From a candidate division WWE3 bacterium CSP1-7 (GTDB lineage Bacteria > Patescibacteriota > WWE3 > 9FT-COMBO-53-11), in the NCBI GenBank assembly GCA_001443395.1, contig LDXK01000001.1:32001-96000 (forward strand): a stretch of 64,000 nucleotides of DNA. Reading direction: 5' to 3'. The notes under the pieces were generated by a model that saw nothing but the letters and a program-made list of their open reading frames with translations, did not search any database and was not told where the DNA came from. Of the stretch, positions 47,316 through 57,156 are shown piece after piece. A program made the position numbers and the translations under genes. Numbering within the stretch: the first letter of the stretch is position 1; every line of letters begins with the position of its first letter.

Positions 47316-47702
47316 TGGCCGCTTGCGGGCTTTCTTGAGGAAATATTTCTTTCTCTCTTTTTCGCGGGGGTTGCGAGTCATCAAGCCGGCATCGCGCAAT
47401 GGCTTGCGCAGGTCTCCATTGAAAAGGACGAGAGCTCGGGAAATTCCCAAGACGATAGCGTCCAATTGACCAACCTTACCTCCCCCCTCCGCCCGGGCAA
47501 CAAAGTAAAATTTATCTTCCGTTCCGGTCGCTCTGTAAGGCAAAACCAACTTGGCTTGGAAAGAATCAATCGGAAAATATTTAGAAACGGGGGTGCCGTT
47601 CACAGTTGATTCCCCTTTTCCGGCGAACAACCGGACCGTGGTGGTCGCTTCCTTCCTTCGGCCGATCGCTTGATAAAATTTTCCTTGCTTTTTTTCTGAC
47701 AT
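47298..47702 (-). CDS. rpsI: 30S protein S9
   Basis: GRRK, GGG..GQ, ERKK, PQYSKR. Confidence 0.97.
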   Translation of the reverse strand: MSEKKQGKFYQAIGRRKEATTTVRLFAGKGESTVNGTPVSKYFPIDSFQAKLVLPYRATGTEDKFYFVARAEGGGKVGQLDAIVLGISRALVLFNGDLRKPLRDAGLMTRNPREKERKKYFLKKARKRPQYSKR

Positions 47703-47745
47703 TTTATTTCTTTAAAATGCTAGGTTCGGCGTTAGCCGAGCCGTC
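47700..47745 (+). mobile_element. Type A mini-cassette at rplM-rpsI junction (translated as L13 tail)
   Basis: CATTTTA..TAAAATG-CTA-GGTTCGGC gtta GCCGAGCC-GTC|CATTTT. Confidence 0.8.
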
Positions 47746-48162
47746 CATTTTTACCTTACCGATCATCTCCCCTTCTTCCCCGGGGTACACGAATAGCCGG
47801 GTGATCATTCTACTGCCAAGTTTGTTCTTGGGCAGCATTCCCAACACCGCATGGCGGATAATCTCCTGCGGCCGCCGCTTCCTTAACTCTCCTAGATTCT
47901 CCGATTTTAATCCGCTCGGGTACCCGGAGTAGCGGAAGTAGCGCTTTTGGGTTTCTTTCTTGCCGGTTACCTCAATTCTGGCCGCATTTTTAACGACAAC
48001 GTAATCTCCCTGGTCGAGATAAGGAACCCAATCCGTTTTCTCCTTTCCAATTAGGAGTCGGGCAATTTTGGTCGCCAGGCGACCCAGGACCTGATCTTTG
48101 GCATCGAAGAGGTACCAACTTCGTTCGACTTTATCTTCACTTCGCTTTTGCGGTTTTGGCAT
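47704..48162 (-). CDS. rplM: 50S protein L13
   Basis: LGRLAT, GDYVVV.NA, YSGYPSGLK, GMLPKN. Confidence 0.96.
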   Translation of the reverse strand: MPKPQKRSEDKVERSWYLFDAKDQVLGRLATKIARLLIGKEKTDWVPYLDQGDYVVVKNAARIEVTGKKETQKRYFRYSGYPSGLKSENLGELRKRRPQEIIRHAVLGMLPKNKLGSRMITRLFVYPGEEGEMIGKVKMDGSANAEPSILKK

Positions 48163-48553
48163 TTTTTGTTCCTTTCTTGGTAGGCTTTTTCACGCTCCCA
48201 GTTTTAGCTACCACCTTCGGCTTTGCTTTCGCCGGTTTGATCTCTTCGACAAATTCCACCCGCGCCTGCGGTGCCCGGTCGCCGCGCCGATAGGAGAGTT
48301 TAACAACTCGGACGTAGCCCCCGATCCGTTGGCTGAATTGGGGAACAATCTGGTCGATGAATTTCTGCGCCGCTCCCTTCTTGGTAAAAAGCGCCAGGGC
48401 CTTCCGCCTGGTAACAAGATTCAAATTTTTGGAACGCGAAATTAGTCGGTCAATTTCCCGTTTGAGAGCTTTTGCCTTGGCTTCGGTTGTGACAACTTTT
48501 TCGGAAGAGACCAGAGAGGTGAGGAGTTGGCGCATCGGTGACGATCCTTTCAT
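48137..48553 (-). CDS. rplQ: 50S protein L17
   Basis: TTEAKAK, GGYVRV, RRGD.A; follows rpoA. Confidence 0.92.
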   Translation of the reverse strand: MKGSSPMRQLLTSLVSSEKVVTTEAKAKALKREIDRLISRSKNLNLVTRRKALALFTKKGAAQKFIDQIVPQFSQRIGGYVRVVKLSYRRGDRAPQARVEFVEEIKPAKAKPKVVAKTGSVKKPTKKGTKNAKTAKAK

Positions 48554-48556
48554 AAC

Positions 48557-49321
48557 CTATTTCTTCTTTGAGGAGGCGCGCTTTTTGGTTGCTTTCTTGG
48601 GCTTTCCCGCCACCGCTTTCGCTTTCGGTTGAGAAGGAGATTTTTCAGGGAAAGAAGTGGCAATTTTCTCGAAGTAGCTCCTGATAAATTCCGCGGCTTG
48701 GCCGAGAGCCCGCGCCGGTTTAATGGTCCCATCGGTGGTCACTTCCAGAATCAATCGTTCAAAATTTGTTTTTCTTCCAACCCGCGCTCCTTCTGTCGAA
48801 AAAGCAACTTTTAACACCGGGGTGAAAATGGAATCCAGTGGGATTACGCCAACTTTACCGCGCTCGCGCTCTTCGGCCGGCTTGTACCCTACCCCCTTCT
48901 CGATCAGCAGGGAGAGTGAAAGCTTGGAATCTTTATCGGTCAAAGTAGCAATCTTGAGATCGGGATTAACCACCACCAGTTCCGAACTGGCTTTGATATC
49001 ACCAGCGGTGATTGTTTTCTTCCCCTTCACCTCAATGATTCCTTCGACCGGCCCGTCACCCCGGAGATTGAAGCGGATTTTTTTGAGATTCAAGATAAGT
49101 TCCACCACATCTTCCCTGATTCCCTTGATGGTGGTGAAGGGATGAGTCACTCCTTGAATGCGGACTTCGGCCACGGCTGCTCCCGGGAGAGAGGAGAGCA
49201 AAACTCTCCGCAAAGCGGTTCCCATAGTAACTCCGTAACCCTCCGGAAGAGGTTCGATCACAAATCGACCCAGATCTCCGGTTTCCTTTTCAACTTTTAT
49301 CCCAAATTCCAGTGGTTCCAT
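48557..49321 (-). CDS. rpoA: RNA polymerase alpha (NTD plus basic tail)
   Basis: EPL..GYG.T.G.ALRRVLLSS.PG, DSIFTPV, TDGTI. Confidence 0.95.
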   Translation of the reverse strand: MEPLEFGIKVEKETGDLGRFVIEPLPEGYGVTMGTALRRVLLSSLPGAAVAEVRIQGVTHPFTTIKGIREDVVELILNLKKIRFNLRGDGPVEGIIEVKGKKTITAGDIKASSELVVVNPDLKIATLTDKDSKLSLSLLIEKGVGYKPAEERERGKVGVIPLDSIFTPVLKVAFSTEGARVGRKTNFERLILEVTTDGTIKPARALGQAAEFIRSYFEKIATSFPEKSPSQPKAKAVAGKPKKATKKRASSKKK

Positions 49322-49333
49322 TATCTTGAATAG

Positions 49334-49376
49334 GACGCCCGCCTCAGGCGGACTAGCTATCCGCTAACGCGAATAG
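49334..49376 (-). mobile_element. Type A mini-cassette at rpsD 3' end
   Basis: CTATTCGC-gtta-GCGGATAG-CTA-GTCCGCC tga GGCGGGC-GTC|CTATTCAAGATAA. Confidence 0.85.
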
Positions 49377-49945
49377 TATTCGATCACCATCTTCTCGTTG
49401 ACCTCGGGACCAATTTCTTCCCGAGCCGGAAAGGCGGCGATCCTGGCAATCATTTCCTTCTTGTCCACTTTTATCCAGGAAGGACGGATCACTTCATCGT
49501 AAATGATTGCACCTTTTTTAGCAAAGGTAATTTTATCACCAACCGCAACCAAAAGCGACGGGATCGTCACTCGCCTTCCATTCACCTTCACCAAACCGTG
49601 GGCCGCCATCTGTCGAGCGTGCGGACGAGTGCTGGCAAAACCGGCACGGTAGAGCACGTTGTCCAACCGCCGTTCCAAAAGCTGGAGCAAGACTTCCCCG
49701 GTTTTTTCTTTACTGCCAAGGGCATTCTTGAAATAGCGTTGGAACTGTCCTTCCCGAACCCCATAGATCCGTTTGGCCTTCTGTTTTTCGCGAAGCTGAA
49801 GACCATACTCGGAAAGGCGACGACGGAAAGCACCGTGCTGACCGGGAGCGGACATCCTCGTTTTGACCGGACAATTGTCGCGGCCGCAGAGCGGAACGCC
49901 TTCGCGCCGGCAGAGTTTGTGGGTGGGACCGGTGTATCTACCCAT
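49364..49945 (-). CDS. rpsD: 30S protein S4
   Basis: SEYGLQLREKQK, LERRLDN, IEYYSR. Confidence 0.97.
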   Translation of the reverse strand: MGRYTGPTHKLCRREGVPLCGRDNCPVKTRMSAPGQHGAFRRRLSEYGLQLREKQKAKRIYGVREGQFQRYFKNALGSKEKTGEVLLQLLERRLDNVLYRAGFASTRPHARQMAAHGLVKVNGRRVTIPSLLVAVGDKITFAKKGAIIYDEVIRPSWIKVDKKEMIARIAAFPAREEIGPEVNEKMVIEYYSR

Positions 49946-49982
49946 TTAAACGCGTCTCCTGTTCTTGGGACGGGGGCCATTG

Positions 49983-50101
49983 GACGGCTCGCCTGCGGCG
50001 AACCTAGCAATGTCCCGCTTACTGTCTCCGAACTGAAATTTTGTCATAGTATTTTCTTTATCCATTACACTCTTCGGCGGTTCTTTGGCCGCGGGCCATT
50101 G
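49983..50101 (-). mobile_element. Type A cassette with recoded rpsK 3' end
   Basis: [11 protein letters not shown] encoded twice (50065-50101, 49946-49982). Confidence 0.9.
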
Positions 50102-50436
50102 TGGGGGATCGGGGTCACATCGGTGATCGCTGTGACTTCCAGCCCACCAACTTTTAAGGCTTTGATCGCGGAATCGCGGCCGGGTCCCGGCCCCTTTACC
50201 AAAACAGAAACTTCTTTAACACCCAATTGACGGGCGGATTTCGCGATGGCCTCGGCGGCTTGAGAAGCGGCAAAGGGAGTCGCCTTTTTGGTTCCTTTAA
50301 AACCGGCCGTCCCCGCCGAGCCCCGCACGATCACTCCCCCGACCTCCTCCCCGATTGTAATCAACGTGTTGTTGAAAGTGCAGGTGATGTGGGCTACTGC
50401 TCTTTCCGGTATTTTGCGTTCTTTCTTTTTTGACAT
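50065..50436 (-). CDS. rpsK: 30S protein S11
   Basis: [28 protein letters not shown]. Confidence 0.97.
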   Translation of the reverse strand: MSKKKERKIPERAVAHITCTFNNTLITIGEEVGGVIVRGSAGTAGFKGTKKATPFAASQAAEAIAKSARQLGVKEVSVLVKGPGPGRDSAIKALKVGGLEVTAITDVTPIPHNGPRPKNRRRV

Positions 50437-50477
50437 TTTTTGTTTATTCAAAATGCTAGGTCGTTTCTTCGGCCGTC
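50434..50477 (+). mobile_element. Type A mini-cassette at rpsM-rpsK junction
   Basis: CATTTT..AAAATG-CTA-GGTCGTTTCTTCGGCC-GTC|CATTA; core identical to the 2841 and 57694 copies. Confidence 0.8.
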
Positions 50478-50479
50478 CA

Positions 50480-50884
50480 TTAGGTCTTTTCGGACTTCTT
50501 CGCCGCGATCGCGGACTTGCTCGTTCCGGCAATCGCCATCTTCCGACCTCTTCGGGTGCGGGCATTGGTCTTGGTTCTCTGCCCCCGCACCGGCAAACCC
50601 CGGGCGTGTCTCATTCCTCGATAGGACCCGATCTCTTGGAGACGCTTAATATTATTAGCCGTTTCGGCTGCCAGTTCTCCCTCCACCCGGTAACCGCTCT
50701 TCTGAATTACCTCCCTAATCTTACCAACCTGTTCCTCCGAGAGATCTTTGACACGGATCTCGGGTGACACTCCGGCTTCCGCGATAATTTTTTTGGCCAA
50801 AGTGGTACCGATCCCCCGGACGTAGGTGAGGGCCACCTCCACTCGCTTTTCAACCGGTAAATCAACTCCTTCAATTCTTGACAT
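50480..50884 (-). CDS. rpsM: 30S protein S13
   Basis: [29 protein letters not shown]. Confidence 0.97.
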   Translation of the reverse strand: MSRIEGVDLPVEKRVEVALTYVRGIGTTLAKKIIAEAGVSPEIRVKDLSEEQVGKIREVIQKSGYRVEGELAAETANNIKRLQEIGSYRGMRHARGLPVRGQRTKTNARTRRGRKMAIAGTSKSAIAAKKSEKT

Positions 50885-50906
50885 TTTTATCTTTTAATCA
50901 TCCTTG

Positions 50907-51004
50907 GACTGTCCTCGCTAAAGCTCGGTTGGACGGTCGCCTTAGGTGACCTAGCAATCTCTCTACACTCGATTGTACAAACATAGTTCTTATAGTCATC
51001 CTTG
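50907..51004 (-). mobile_element. Stacked cassettes at rpmJ 3' end
   Basis: CAAGGATGA duplicated (50996-51004, 50898-50906); internal type A unit plus type C-like unit, each ending GTC|CAA. Confidence 0.75.
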
Positions 51005-51109
51005 TCTCTGTTTGTGCTTGGGATTCTTGCAAACGACGTAGAGACGCCCCTGGCGCTTAATAATCTTGCAATCTCTGCAAATTTTTTTAACTGATGCTCT
51101 AACTTTCAT
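50996..51109 (-). CDS. rpmJ: 50S protein L36
   Basis: Hand translation [37 protein letters not shown]. Confidence 0.96.
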   Translation of the reverse strand: MKVRASVKKICRDCKIIKRQGRLYVVCKNPKHKQRQG

Positions 51110-51143
51110 TTTCTTTTGAAAGATAGCGATTTCTCATCGCGTC
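51103..51143 (+). mobile_element. Type A mini-cassette (ATA variant) at rpmJ start
   Basis: CTTTCA..TGAAAG-ATA-GCGAT ttctc ATCGC-GTC|CTTTCAT; ATGAAAG duplicated. Confidence 0.75.
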
Positions 51144-51155
51144 CTTTCATCGTTT

Positions 51156-51398
51156 CTATTTGCTTCGGTAAACAATTCTTCCCCGATTGGGATCGTAGGG
51201 GGATAACTCCACCCGAACCGAATCACCAAGAAGAACTTTGATGCGGTGGATGCGCATCTTCCCGGAAATATGAGCGAGAACCTCCCGGCCCTCCTCCAGC
51301 TCAACCCGAAAAAGAGCATCAGGCAGGGTTTCTTTGACAATCCCGCTCAGTTCCGCTCTTTCTTTCTTTCCAGAAGAGAAACCCTTTGTTTTTACCAT
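51156..51398 (-). CDS. infA: Translation initiation factor IF-1
   Basis: [25 protein letters not shown]. Confidence 0.96.
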   Translation of the reverse strand: MVKTKGFSSGKKERAELSGIVKETLPDALFRVELEEGREVLAHISGKMRIHRIKVLLGDSVRVELSPYDPNRGRIVYRSK

Positions 51399-51408
51399 AT
51401 CAATCCTG

Positions 51409-52191
51409 TTAGGTCAACCCGCTCGACTCACTTCGTTCGCTCAGGGTTAAGATTTCCGGTCCTTTTTCAGTTATTGCCACCGTGTGTTCAAAAAGACCGC
51501 TCAAGCTCTTATCGACGGTTTCCACCGTCCAGCCGTCGGCGGCGATCTGGAGATCTCGACCCCCCTCAGTATAAATCACCTCGACCGCCAACGCCATTCC
51601 TGCGGAAATTTGGGGATTTGGTCCCGCCATCACCAAGCAAGGAATCTGGGGATCCTCGTGCAGGTCTTTCCCTACTCCGTGTCCCACCAGCGTGTCCACC
51701 GGGGTGTAACCGGCGCCCTCGATACCTTTCTGAATGGCAGCGGAGATATCGAGAATGCGGTTGCCCTCCCGAGCTTCGGCAATTGCCTTCTTCAGCGCCT
51801 CTTCTCCGGCCCGAAGGAATTTGGTCTTGGCGCGCGGCGCTTTCTGTTCGTCGCCAATGTAGACCGTCCAGGAGGCGTCGGTGTTGAATCCTTGGTAGAA
51901 AGTCCCCAGGTCGACACTCAAAATATCTCCTTCCTTGAGTTTTTGAGAGGTGGGAATCCCATGGACAATTCCCTCGTTGACGTTCAGGCAGGTCGCAAAA
52001 TGGTAGCCCTTAACCCGCTCAAACGCCGGTGTCCCCCCGCCTTGAATGATCCCCTCCCGGGCAATCTTTTCCAAATCCAAAAGAGAGGTTCCCGGCCGGG
52101 CCTGCCGCAGCACATCCTGAAGAGCGGCGGCGGTGATGCGGCCACCCTCCCGCATAGCTTGGAAATCTTCCTTACTCTTTATCGTAATCAT
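51409..52191 (-). CDS. map: Methionine aminopeptidase type I
   Basis: [25 protein letters not shown]. Confidence 0.96.
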   Translation of the reverse strand: MITIKSKEDFQAMREGGRITAAALQDVLRQARPGTSLLDLEKIAREGIIQGGGTPAFERVKGYHFATCLNVNEGIVHGIPTSQKLKEGDILSVDLGTFYQGFNTDASWTVYIGDEQKAPRAKTKFLRAGEEALKKAIAEAREGNRILDISAAIQKGIEGAGYTPVDTLVGHGVGKDLHEDPQIPCLVMAGPNPQISAGMALAVEVIYTEGGRDLQIAADGWTVETVDKSLSGLFEHTVAITEKGPEILTLSERSESSGLT

Positions 52192-52226
52192 CAAAAATTC
52201 AACGGGGTGGTTGGGTATCCAAGAGA

Positions 52227-52493
52227 TTAAAGACCGGGGACTTTCATGTTCATCAACATCCCAGATAGTTTCTTGGAAACTTCCTTTTGCGATTCCTTTA
52301 TCGCTTTGTTGAAAGCCTTCTTGAGATCATCACGCTTCTCTCCGTCGACGGTAATCTCTTGGATCTCCTGGTCGCCTCGAATCCTAATTTGGATATCCCC
52401 TTCAGAAACGTCGACCACAATCTGCTCCATCTCGGACTTCATTTTCTGGCCCTGCTTCCGAAGCTCATTCAATTGTTTCATCTGTTCAAACAT
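52227..52493 (-). CDS. YbaB/EbfC nucleoid-associated protein
   Basis: MFEQMKQL..LRKQ..KM, I.IRGDQEI..I.VDG, AFNKAIK. Confidence 0.8.
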   Translation of the reverse strand: MFEQMKQLNELRKQGQKMKSEMEQIVVDVSEGDIQIRIRGDQEIQEITVDGEKRDDLKKAFNKAIKESQKEVSKKLSGMLMNMKVPGL

Positions 52494-52530
52494 GCTGTTT
52501 AACTATACCCTATCCCCTATACCCTGGTCT

Positions 52531-53793
52531 CTAGAGATACCCCTCATATTCCCGCACCGACAACTCCCCCTCCAGCTGGCGGAGAGTCTCCAGAACCACC
52601 GAAACCACAATTAGAATTCCGGTTCCCCCTAGCGCAAAAGCCGTTACCCCGGTGACCGCCGCCCCCACCGAAGGAAGAACGGCAACCAGTCCCAAAAAGA
52701 TGGCGCCGAAGAAAGTCGTCCGGGAGATGATTCGATCAATAAAATCCTTCGTTGCCATTCCCGGCCGGATACCAGGAATAAAACCGCCCCTCTTTTGCAA
52801 GTTTTCGGCCAAATCTTTTGTATTAAAAACCACTGCGGTATAGAAGAAAGTGAAAAGAAAGACCGAAACAAAATAGACCAGGTTATAGAATAAACCGTTC
52901 GGCGAGAAAAGCTTGATAATTTCGGCAGAAATAAGCTGAATCTGGGGGTTGGCCACCCCGCTCAAGTAACGCGCGATGGTCGGAGGAATCAAAACCAAAG
53001 AAACCGCAAAAATGATCGGGATCACTCCGGCTTGATTAATACGAAGCGGAAGAAAACTCTGGGCGCCGGCATTCGGTCCGCGGACCGCATACTGGATAGG
53101 AATCCGGCGAACGGCCTCATTGATCAGCACCACCGCGGCAAATAGACCCAGGAGGAGTGCCAGGAAGAGAAACAAGTTGGCTACCTGGCCCGCCGTCAAC
53201 GCCGTCAGAGACTGCGCCAGGGAGAGAGGGTAGCCGGCGGCAATTCCGACAAAAATCAGGAGGGAAATCCCATTTCCGATCCCCCGCTCGGTCAGGAGCT
53301 CACCCAACCACATCATAAAGAGTGATCCGGCGGAGAGCGCAAAAATCAGGGCCACAAGGGAGAGCGGTGATAGCGCCGTGACCACTCCCTGCTGGCGAAG
53401 CAGAAAAAAGAATCCGTAACCCTGCAGAATCGAAAGCGGCAGGGTAAGCAGCCGGGTGTATTGATTGATCTTCGCCTGACCCCATTCCCCCTCTTGAGAG
53501 AGCTCTTTAAGTTTGGGAAACCCAAAAGTCAGAAGCTGAAAAATAATGGAGGCGTTGATATAGGGAGCCAGTCCCAGAGAAACCACGGAAAAATTCTCCA
53601 TTGTTCCTCCCGAAAATGCGGAAAGAAGTCCGAGAAGAGCATTTCCAGCGAAGAGCTGACGAAGCTGAACGCGATCAACTCCCGGAAGAGGAACGTGGGC
53701 CAGGAACCGAAAGACGACAATTGCCAGAACCGTAAAAATTATCCGGTTCCGTAGTTCCTTTTGGTACCAAATTCGCTTTAAAGCTTCAATCAT
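52531..53793 (-). CDS. secY: Preprotein translocase SecY
   Basis: [40 protein letters not shown]. Confidence 0.97.
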   Translation of the reverse strand: MIEALKRIWYQKELRNRIIFTVLAIVVFRFLAHVPLPGVDRVQLRQLFAGNALLGLLSAFSGGTMENFSVVSLGLAPYINASIIFQLLTFGFPKLKELSQEGEWGQAKINQYTRLLTLPLSILQGYGFFFLLRQQGVVTALSPLSLVALIFALSAGSLFMMWLGELLTERGIGNGISLLIFVGIAAGYPLSLAQSLTALTAGQVANLFLFLALLLGLFAAVVLINEAVRRIPIQYAVRGPNAGAQSFLPLRINQAGVIPIIFAVSLVLIPPTIARYLSGVANPQIQLISAEIIKLFSPNGLFYNLVYFVSVFLFTFFYTAVVFNTKDLAENLQKRGGFIPGIRPGMATKDFIDRIISRTTFFGAIFLGLVAVLPSVGAAVTGVTAFALGGTGILIVVSVVLETLRQLEGELSVREYEGYL

Positions 53794-53996
53794 TTCCGCG
53801 AACGGACAGTTCCCCGCCGCGGCAAGCGGCGCGCCAACGGAATCTGACCCCCCTCGAAAGAGGAGCGAACCCGATTGCGAACCTTCTGGCCCTTTGCTCC
53901 TCGGCCGGTCGTATGTCCCCCCTTACCGGACCCGTAACCGCGACCGACTCTTTTTTTCTTTCCTTTTACAATCCTCGTGAGTTCATGCAGTTCCAT
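53790..53996 (-). CDS. rplO: 50S protein L15, N-terminal part only (68 aa)
   Basis: RVGRG.GSGKG.T.GRG.KGQ..R, FEGGQ.PL.RRLP; stop overlaps secY ATG. Confidence 0.88.
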   Translation of the reverse strand: MELHELTRIVKGKKKRVGRGYGSGKGGHTTGRGAKGQKVRNRVRSSFEGGQIPLARRLPRRGTVRSRK

Positions 53997-54468
53997 GATT
54001 TTTGCTTAAAATCTTCAAAGCCTCAATCGTCGCTTGGGCGTTCGCCATCGGGTTGTTCGTTCCCAGAATCTTAGCCGAGACATCCACCACTCCCGCCAGA
54101 CCCAGAATATTCCGAACTACACCCCCCGCGATCAAACCGGCCCCTCGCGGCGCCGGCATCAACAGAAGGCGGGCGGCCCCTTGTTTGAGCGTAATCCGGC
54201 GCGGCAGTGTTGATTCTCGCATTACAATCTGGAAAACATTCTTCTTGGCTTTGGAATTGGCCTTGACAATCGCCGACCGCAGGTCCCCCGCCTTTCCGTA
54301 ACCCAAACCAATCTTGCCATTTCTATTTCCCACCGCCACCAGGGCGGTAAATCCGATTTTGTCGCCACCCTTAATCTTTTTCGCAACCCGGTTCACTACC
54401 AGAACTTTGTCGACAAACTCGCCCGGTTGAGTGATCTCGGATTGACTTCTAAATCTCGTTCTTTCCAT
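53983..54468 (-). CDS. rpsE: 30S protein S5
   Basis: [26 protein letters not shown]. Confidence 0.96.
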   Translation of the reverse strand: MERTRFRSQSEITQPGEFVDKVLVVNRVAKKIKGGDKIGFTALVAVGNRNGKIGLGYGKAGDLRSAIVKANSKAKKNVFQIVMRESTLPRRITLKQGAARLLLMPAPRGAGLIAGGVVRNILGLAGVVDVSAKILGTNNPMANAQATIEALKILSKNHGTA

Positions 54469-54469
54469 T

Positions 54470-54814
54470 TTAAAAATCCAAACCTCCTGCGCGCGCACCC
54501 TCCGCTACCATCCTAACGCGACCGTGGTAGGCGTATCCCCGGCGATCAAAAACTACTTTCTTAATCTTAGCTTTCAGTGCCTTCTCGGCCAACTCTTTGC
54601 CCACAGCGGAAGCCCGTTCGCTCTTCTGGCCGCTTTGGAGCGTGAGATCGGCAGCCGAAACCAGTGTTGCCCCTTTTTCGTCGTCAATCAACTGGGCGTA
54701 GATGTGCTTACCGGACCGAAAAACACTAAGACGAGGCCTCTGGGCCGTCCCAAAAATACGGCTTCTCCCCCGCCGAATTCTTTTTTCCCGTTGAGAATCG
54801 TTTTTGTTTATCAT
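54470..54814 (-). CDS. rplR: 50S protein L18
   Basis: [21 protein letters not shown]. Confidence 0.96.
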   Translation of the reverse strand: MINKNDSQREKRIRRGRSRIFGTAQRPRLSVFRSGKHIYAQLIDDEKGATLVSAADLTLQSGQKSERASAVGKELAEKALKAKIKKVVFDRRGYAYHGRVRMVAEGARAGGLDF

Positions 54815-54816
54815 GA

Positions 54817-55362
54817 TCAAGCTCCCCCTCCCGCGGCCGCCTTAACCACCTTCCCCTGCTTGCGGCGGACAACCTCTCCGGCGTAGCGAATCCCTTTGCC
54901 CTTGTATGGTTCGGGCGGGCGAAGCTTGTGAAGCTGGGCCGCCGTTTGGGTCACCACCGCCTTGTTTATCCCCGTCAACTTGATTTTGGTACTGTCGGTC
55001 ACTTCTACCGCCACCCCTTCCGGTATTTTAAATTCCACCGGATGCGAGAAACCCAGAGAGAGTTTTAGCCCCAGGGCGACCTTTTCGGCCCGATAACCCA
55101 CTCCCACCAGCTCCAGCTCTTTGCTGAATCCCTGGCTAACTCCCTCAACGGCATTGCGAACCAGCGCAAAACCCAAGCCATAAACCCGCGCCGGAACGGC
55201 CGCCGCCGCCGAAAAACGCAGCTCTTGATCCATCACTACCGCCTGCACTCCCCTGGGAAGATCAACCGAGAGCTGACCCAACGGACCGGAGACCCCGACG
55301 ATTTGACCTTCGACGAGGACACTTACACCTTCCGGCAATTTAATCGGTTTCTTTCCAATCAT
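54817..55362 (-). CDS. rplF: 50S protein L6
   Basis: [28 protein letters not shown]. Confidence 0.96.
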   Translation of the reverse strand: MIGKKPIKLPEGVSVLVEGQIVGVSGPLGQLSVDLPRGVQAVVMDQELRFSAAAAVPARVYGLGFALVRNAVEGVSQGFSKELELVGVGYRAEKVALGLKLSLGFSHPVEFKIPEGVAVEVTDSTKIKLTGINKAVVTQTAAQLHKLRPPEPYKGKGIRYAGEVVRRKQGKVVKAAAGGGA

Positions 55363-55368
55363 AGCGTC

Positions 55369-55743
55369 TTACCAAATCTCCCCGACCAACTCCCCACCCA
55401 ACTTCTTCTTCCGGGCTTGCTTGTGAGTCAGAATTCCCTCGGGAGTGGAGATGATAGCAATTCCCAACGGCGGTTTTTGAATTTCTCGCCAGGAAACATA
55501 CCAGCGGGCTCCGGGCTTGGAGAGCCGGCGAACGTTTTCCAGTTTGGGGCTCTGCATGGACAGGAAAAAGTTTTTCCCTTTCTGTTCTTTGAATTTTCGC
55601 ACCTCTCCCAGGTATCCCTCCGCCACAAAAAGCTTGGCGATCTCTTCTTTGAGCCGCGAATACGGGACAACAATCTCACTGCGACCAGCGAGGACCGCGT
55701 TTCGGAGTCGGGTGAACATGTCGGCGATTGGATCGGTTACCAT
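55369..55743 (-). CDS. rpsH: 30S protein S8
   Basis: TDPIADM.TRLRNA, SKPG.R.Y, IISTP.G, GGE. Confidence 0.96.
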   Translation of the reverse strand: MVTDPIADMFTRLRNAVLAGRSEIVVPYSRLKEEIAKLFVAEGYLGEVRKFKEQKGKNFFLSMQSPKLENVRRLSKPGARWYVSWREIQKPPLGIAIISTPEGILTHKQARKKKLGGELVGEIW

Positions 55744-55922
55744 GATGCCTTCCTTACTCCCGGCAACTCGCCCCGGGAAGCCAACTCTCGAAAACAAATT
55801 CGGCACATCCCGAATTTACGGATATAGGCACCCGACCGACCACAGATGCTGCACCGATTGTAGCCGCGGGTTTTGAACTTCGGCTCTCTTTTGTGTCTTT
55901 CAATCCAACTCTTTTTAGGCAT
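55737..55922 (-). CDS. rpsN: 30S protein S14 (Zn-binding type Z)
   Basis: RCSICGR...[18 protein letters not shown]. Confidence 0.96.
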   Translation of the reverse strand: MPKKSWIERHKREPKFKTRGYNRCSICGRSGAYIRKFGMCRICFRELASRGELPGVRKASW

Positions 55923-55924
55923 TT

Positions 55925-56458
55925 TTAGTCGCGAAACGGCATCCCCAACTCCTTGAGAACTCGGTGAGCTTCATCATCCTTATTGGCGCTGGTGGCAATG
56001 GTAACTTCCAAACCACGAATCTTGCCAACTCTGTGAGGGTCGATTTCCGGAAAAGCAGTGTGCTCCACAATCCCGATGGTCAGGTTGCCATGGCCGTCAA
56101 AGCTCTTTCGGGAGATCCCCTTAAAGTCCCTGGTCCGGGGCAGAACCACTCTGATTAGCTTCTCGAGGAAGTCCCACATCCGGCGTCCCCGCAAGGTAAC
56201 CGCCAAACCCACAATATCGCCCCGGCGAATCGCAAAGGAAGCGATTGCTTTTTTGGCGGCCCGGAAAGAGGGTGTCTGGCCGGCAATCATAGCGACCTCC
56301 TCTTTGACCTTCGCCAAAACCTCCTTTTCCTCTCTCTCTTTACCAACGCCGACATTGACGACAATCTTGGTTACTCGGGGAACAGCGTACACATTCCCCT
56401 TGCCAAGCTCTCCCTTAAGCTTTGAAGCAACTTCTTTTTGATAGATTTCTTTCAGCAT
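55925..56458 (-). CDS. rplE: 50S protein L5
   Basis: KIVVNVG, IAGQ.P, VTLRG, LPR.RDF.G. Confidence 0.96.
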   Translation of the reverse strand: MLKEIYQKEVASKLKGELGKGNVYAVPRVTKIVVNVGVGKEREEKEVLAKVKEEVAMIAGQTPSFRAAKKAIASFAIRRGDIVGLAVTLRGRRMWDFLEKLIRVVLPRTRDFKGISRKSFDGHGNLTIGIVEHTAFPEIDPHRVGKIRGLEVTIATSANKDDEAHRVLKELGMPFRD

Positions 56459-56459
56459 T

Positions 56460-56759
56460 TTATTTTTTGGCCTTCTTATCCACACTCGCTCCGCATTGCC
56501 GACAGTTTCTGGAACCGGTCAGACGAGAAACTTTTTTGCACTTTGGGCAGACCACCCCCACTTTGGACGCCCAGAAAGGAGCCTCCGCCGCCACAATCCC
56601 CCCGGCCGAATCCTTGGTCTTTTTTGTGAAGCGCTTGAGCATGTTTATGCCCGCCACCACGATCTTTCTCTCTCCGAGAATCACTCGGAGGACATCTCCC
56701 TCCCGGCCCCGATCCTTGCCCGAGAGAACCCTGACCGTATCGCCTTTCTTAATTTTCAT
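56460..56759 (-). CDS. rplX: 50S protein L24
   Basis: KKGDTV.VLSGKDRG; alternative start 56780. Confidence 0.94.
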   Translation of the reverse strand: MKIKKGDTVRVLSGKDRGREGDVLRVILGERKIVVAGINMLKRFTKKTKDSAGGIVAAEAPFWASKVGVVCPKCKKVSRLTGSRNCRQCGASVDKKAKK

Positions 56760-56787
56760 GCCAATCTTCGTATTCTGCATCTGGCTC

Positions 56788-57156
56788 TCAAAAAACCTCG
56801 GTCGCCAAAGAGGCGATCTTCTTAAACCCCCGCTCCCGCACCTCTCGGGCAATCGGTCCGAAGACTCGGCTCCCTTTAGGATTGCCCTGATTGTCAATCA
56901 CCACTCCGGCATTATCGTCAAAGCGAATGTAGGAACCGTCCGGCCGGCGGACCTCTTTTCTCGTCCGAACAACGACGGCCCTCTCAATCCCGTGGTCCTT
57001 GACGGCACCGTTGGGATCGGCTCCCCGAATCGCAACCGATACCGTATCACCCAGATAGGCGATGCGGCTCGAGCCCCGACGAGGAATTCCGATCACCCGC
57101 AACTTTTTTGCTCCGGAATTATCGGCGGCGACCAGCATTGTTTCGCGTTGAATCAT
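56788..57156 (-). CDS. rplN: 50S protein L14
   Basis: ADNSGAK, IRFDDNA, R.FGP.AREV. Confidence 0.97.
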   Translation of the reverse strand: MIQRETMLVAADNSGAKKLRVIGIPRRGSSRIAYLGDTVSVAIRGADPNGAVKDHGIERAVVVRTRKEVRRPDGSYIRFDDNAGVVIDNQGNPKGSRVFGPIAREVRERGFKKIASLATEVF

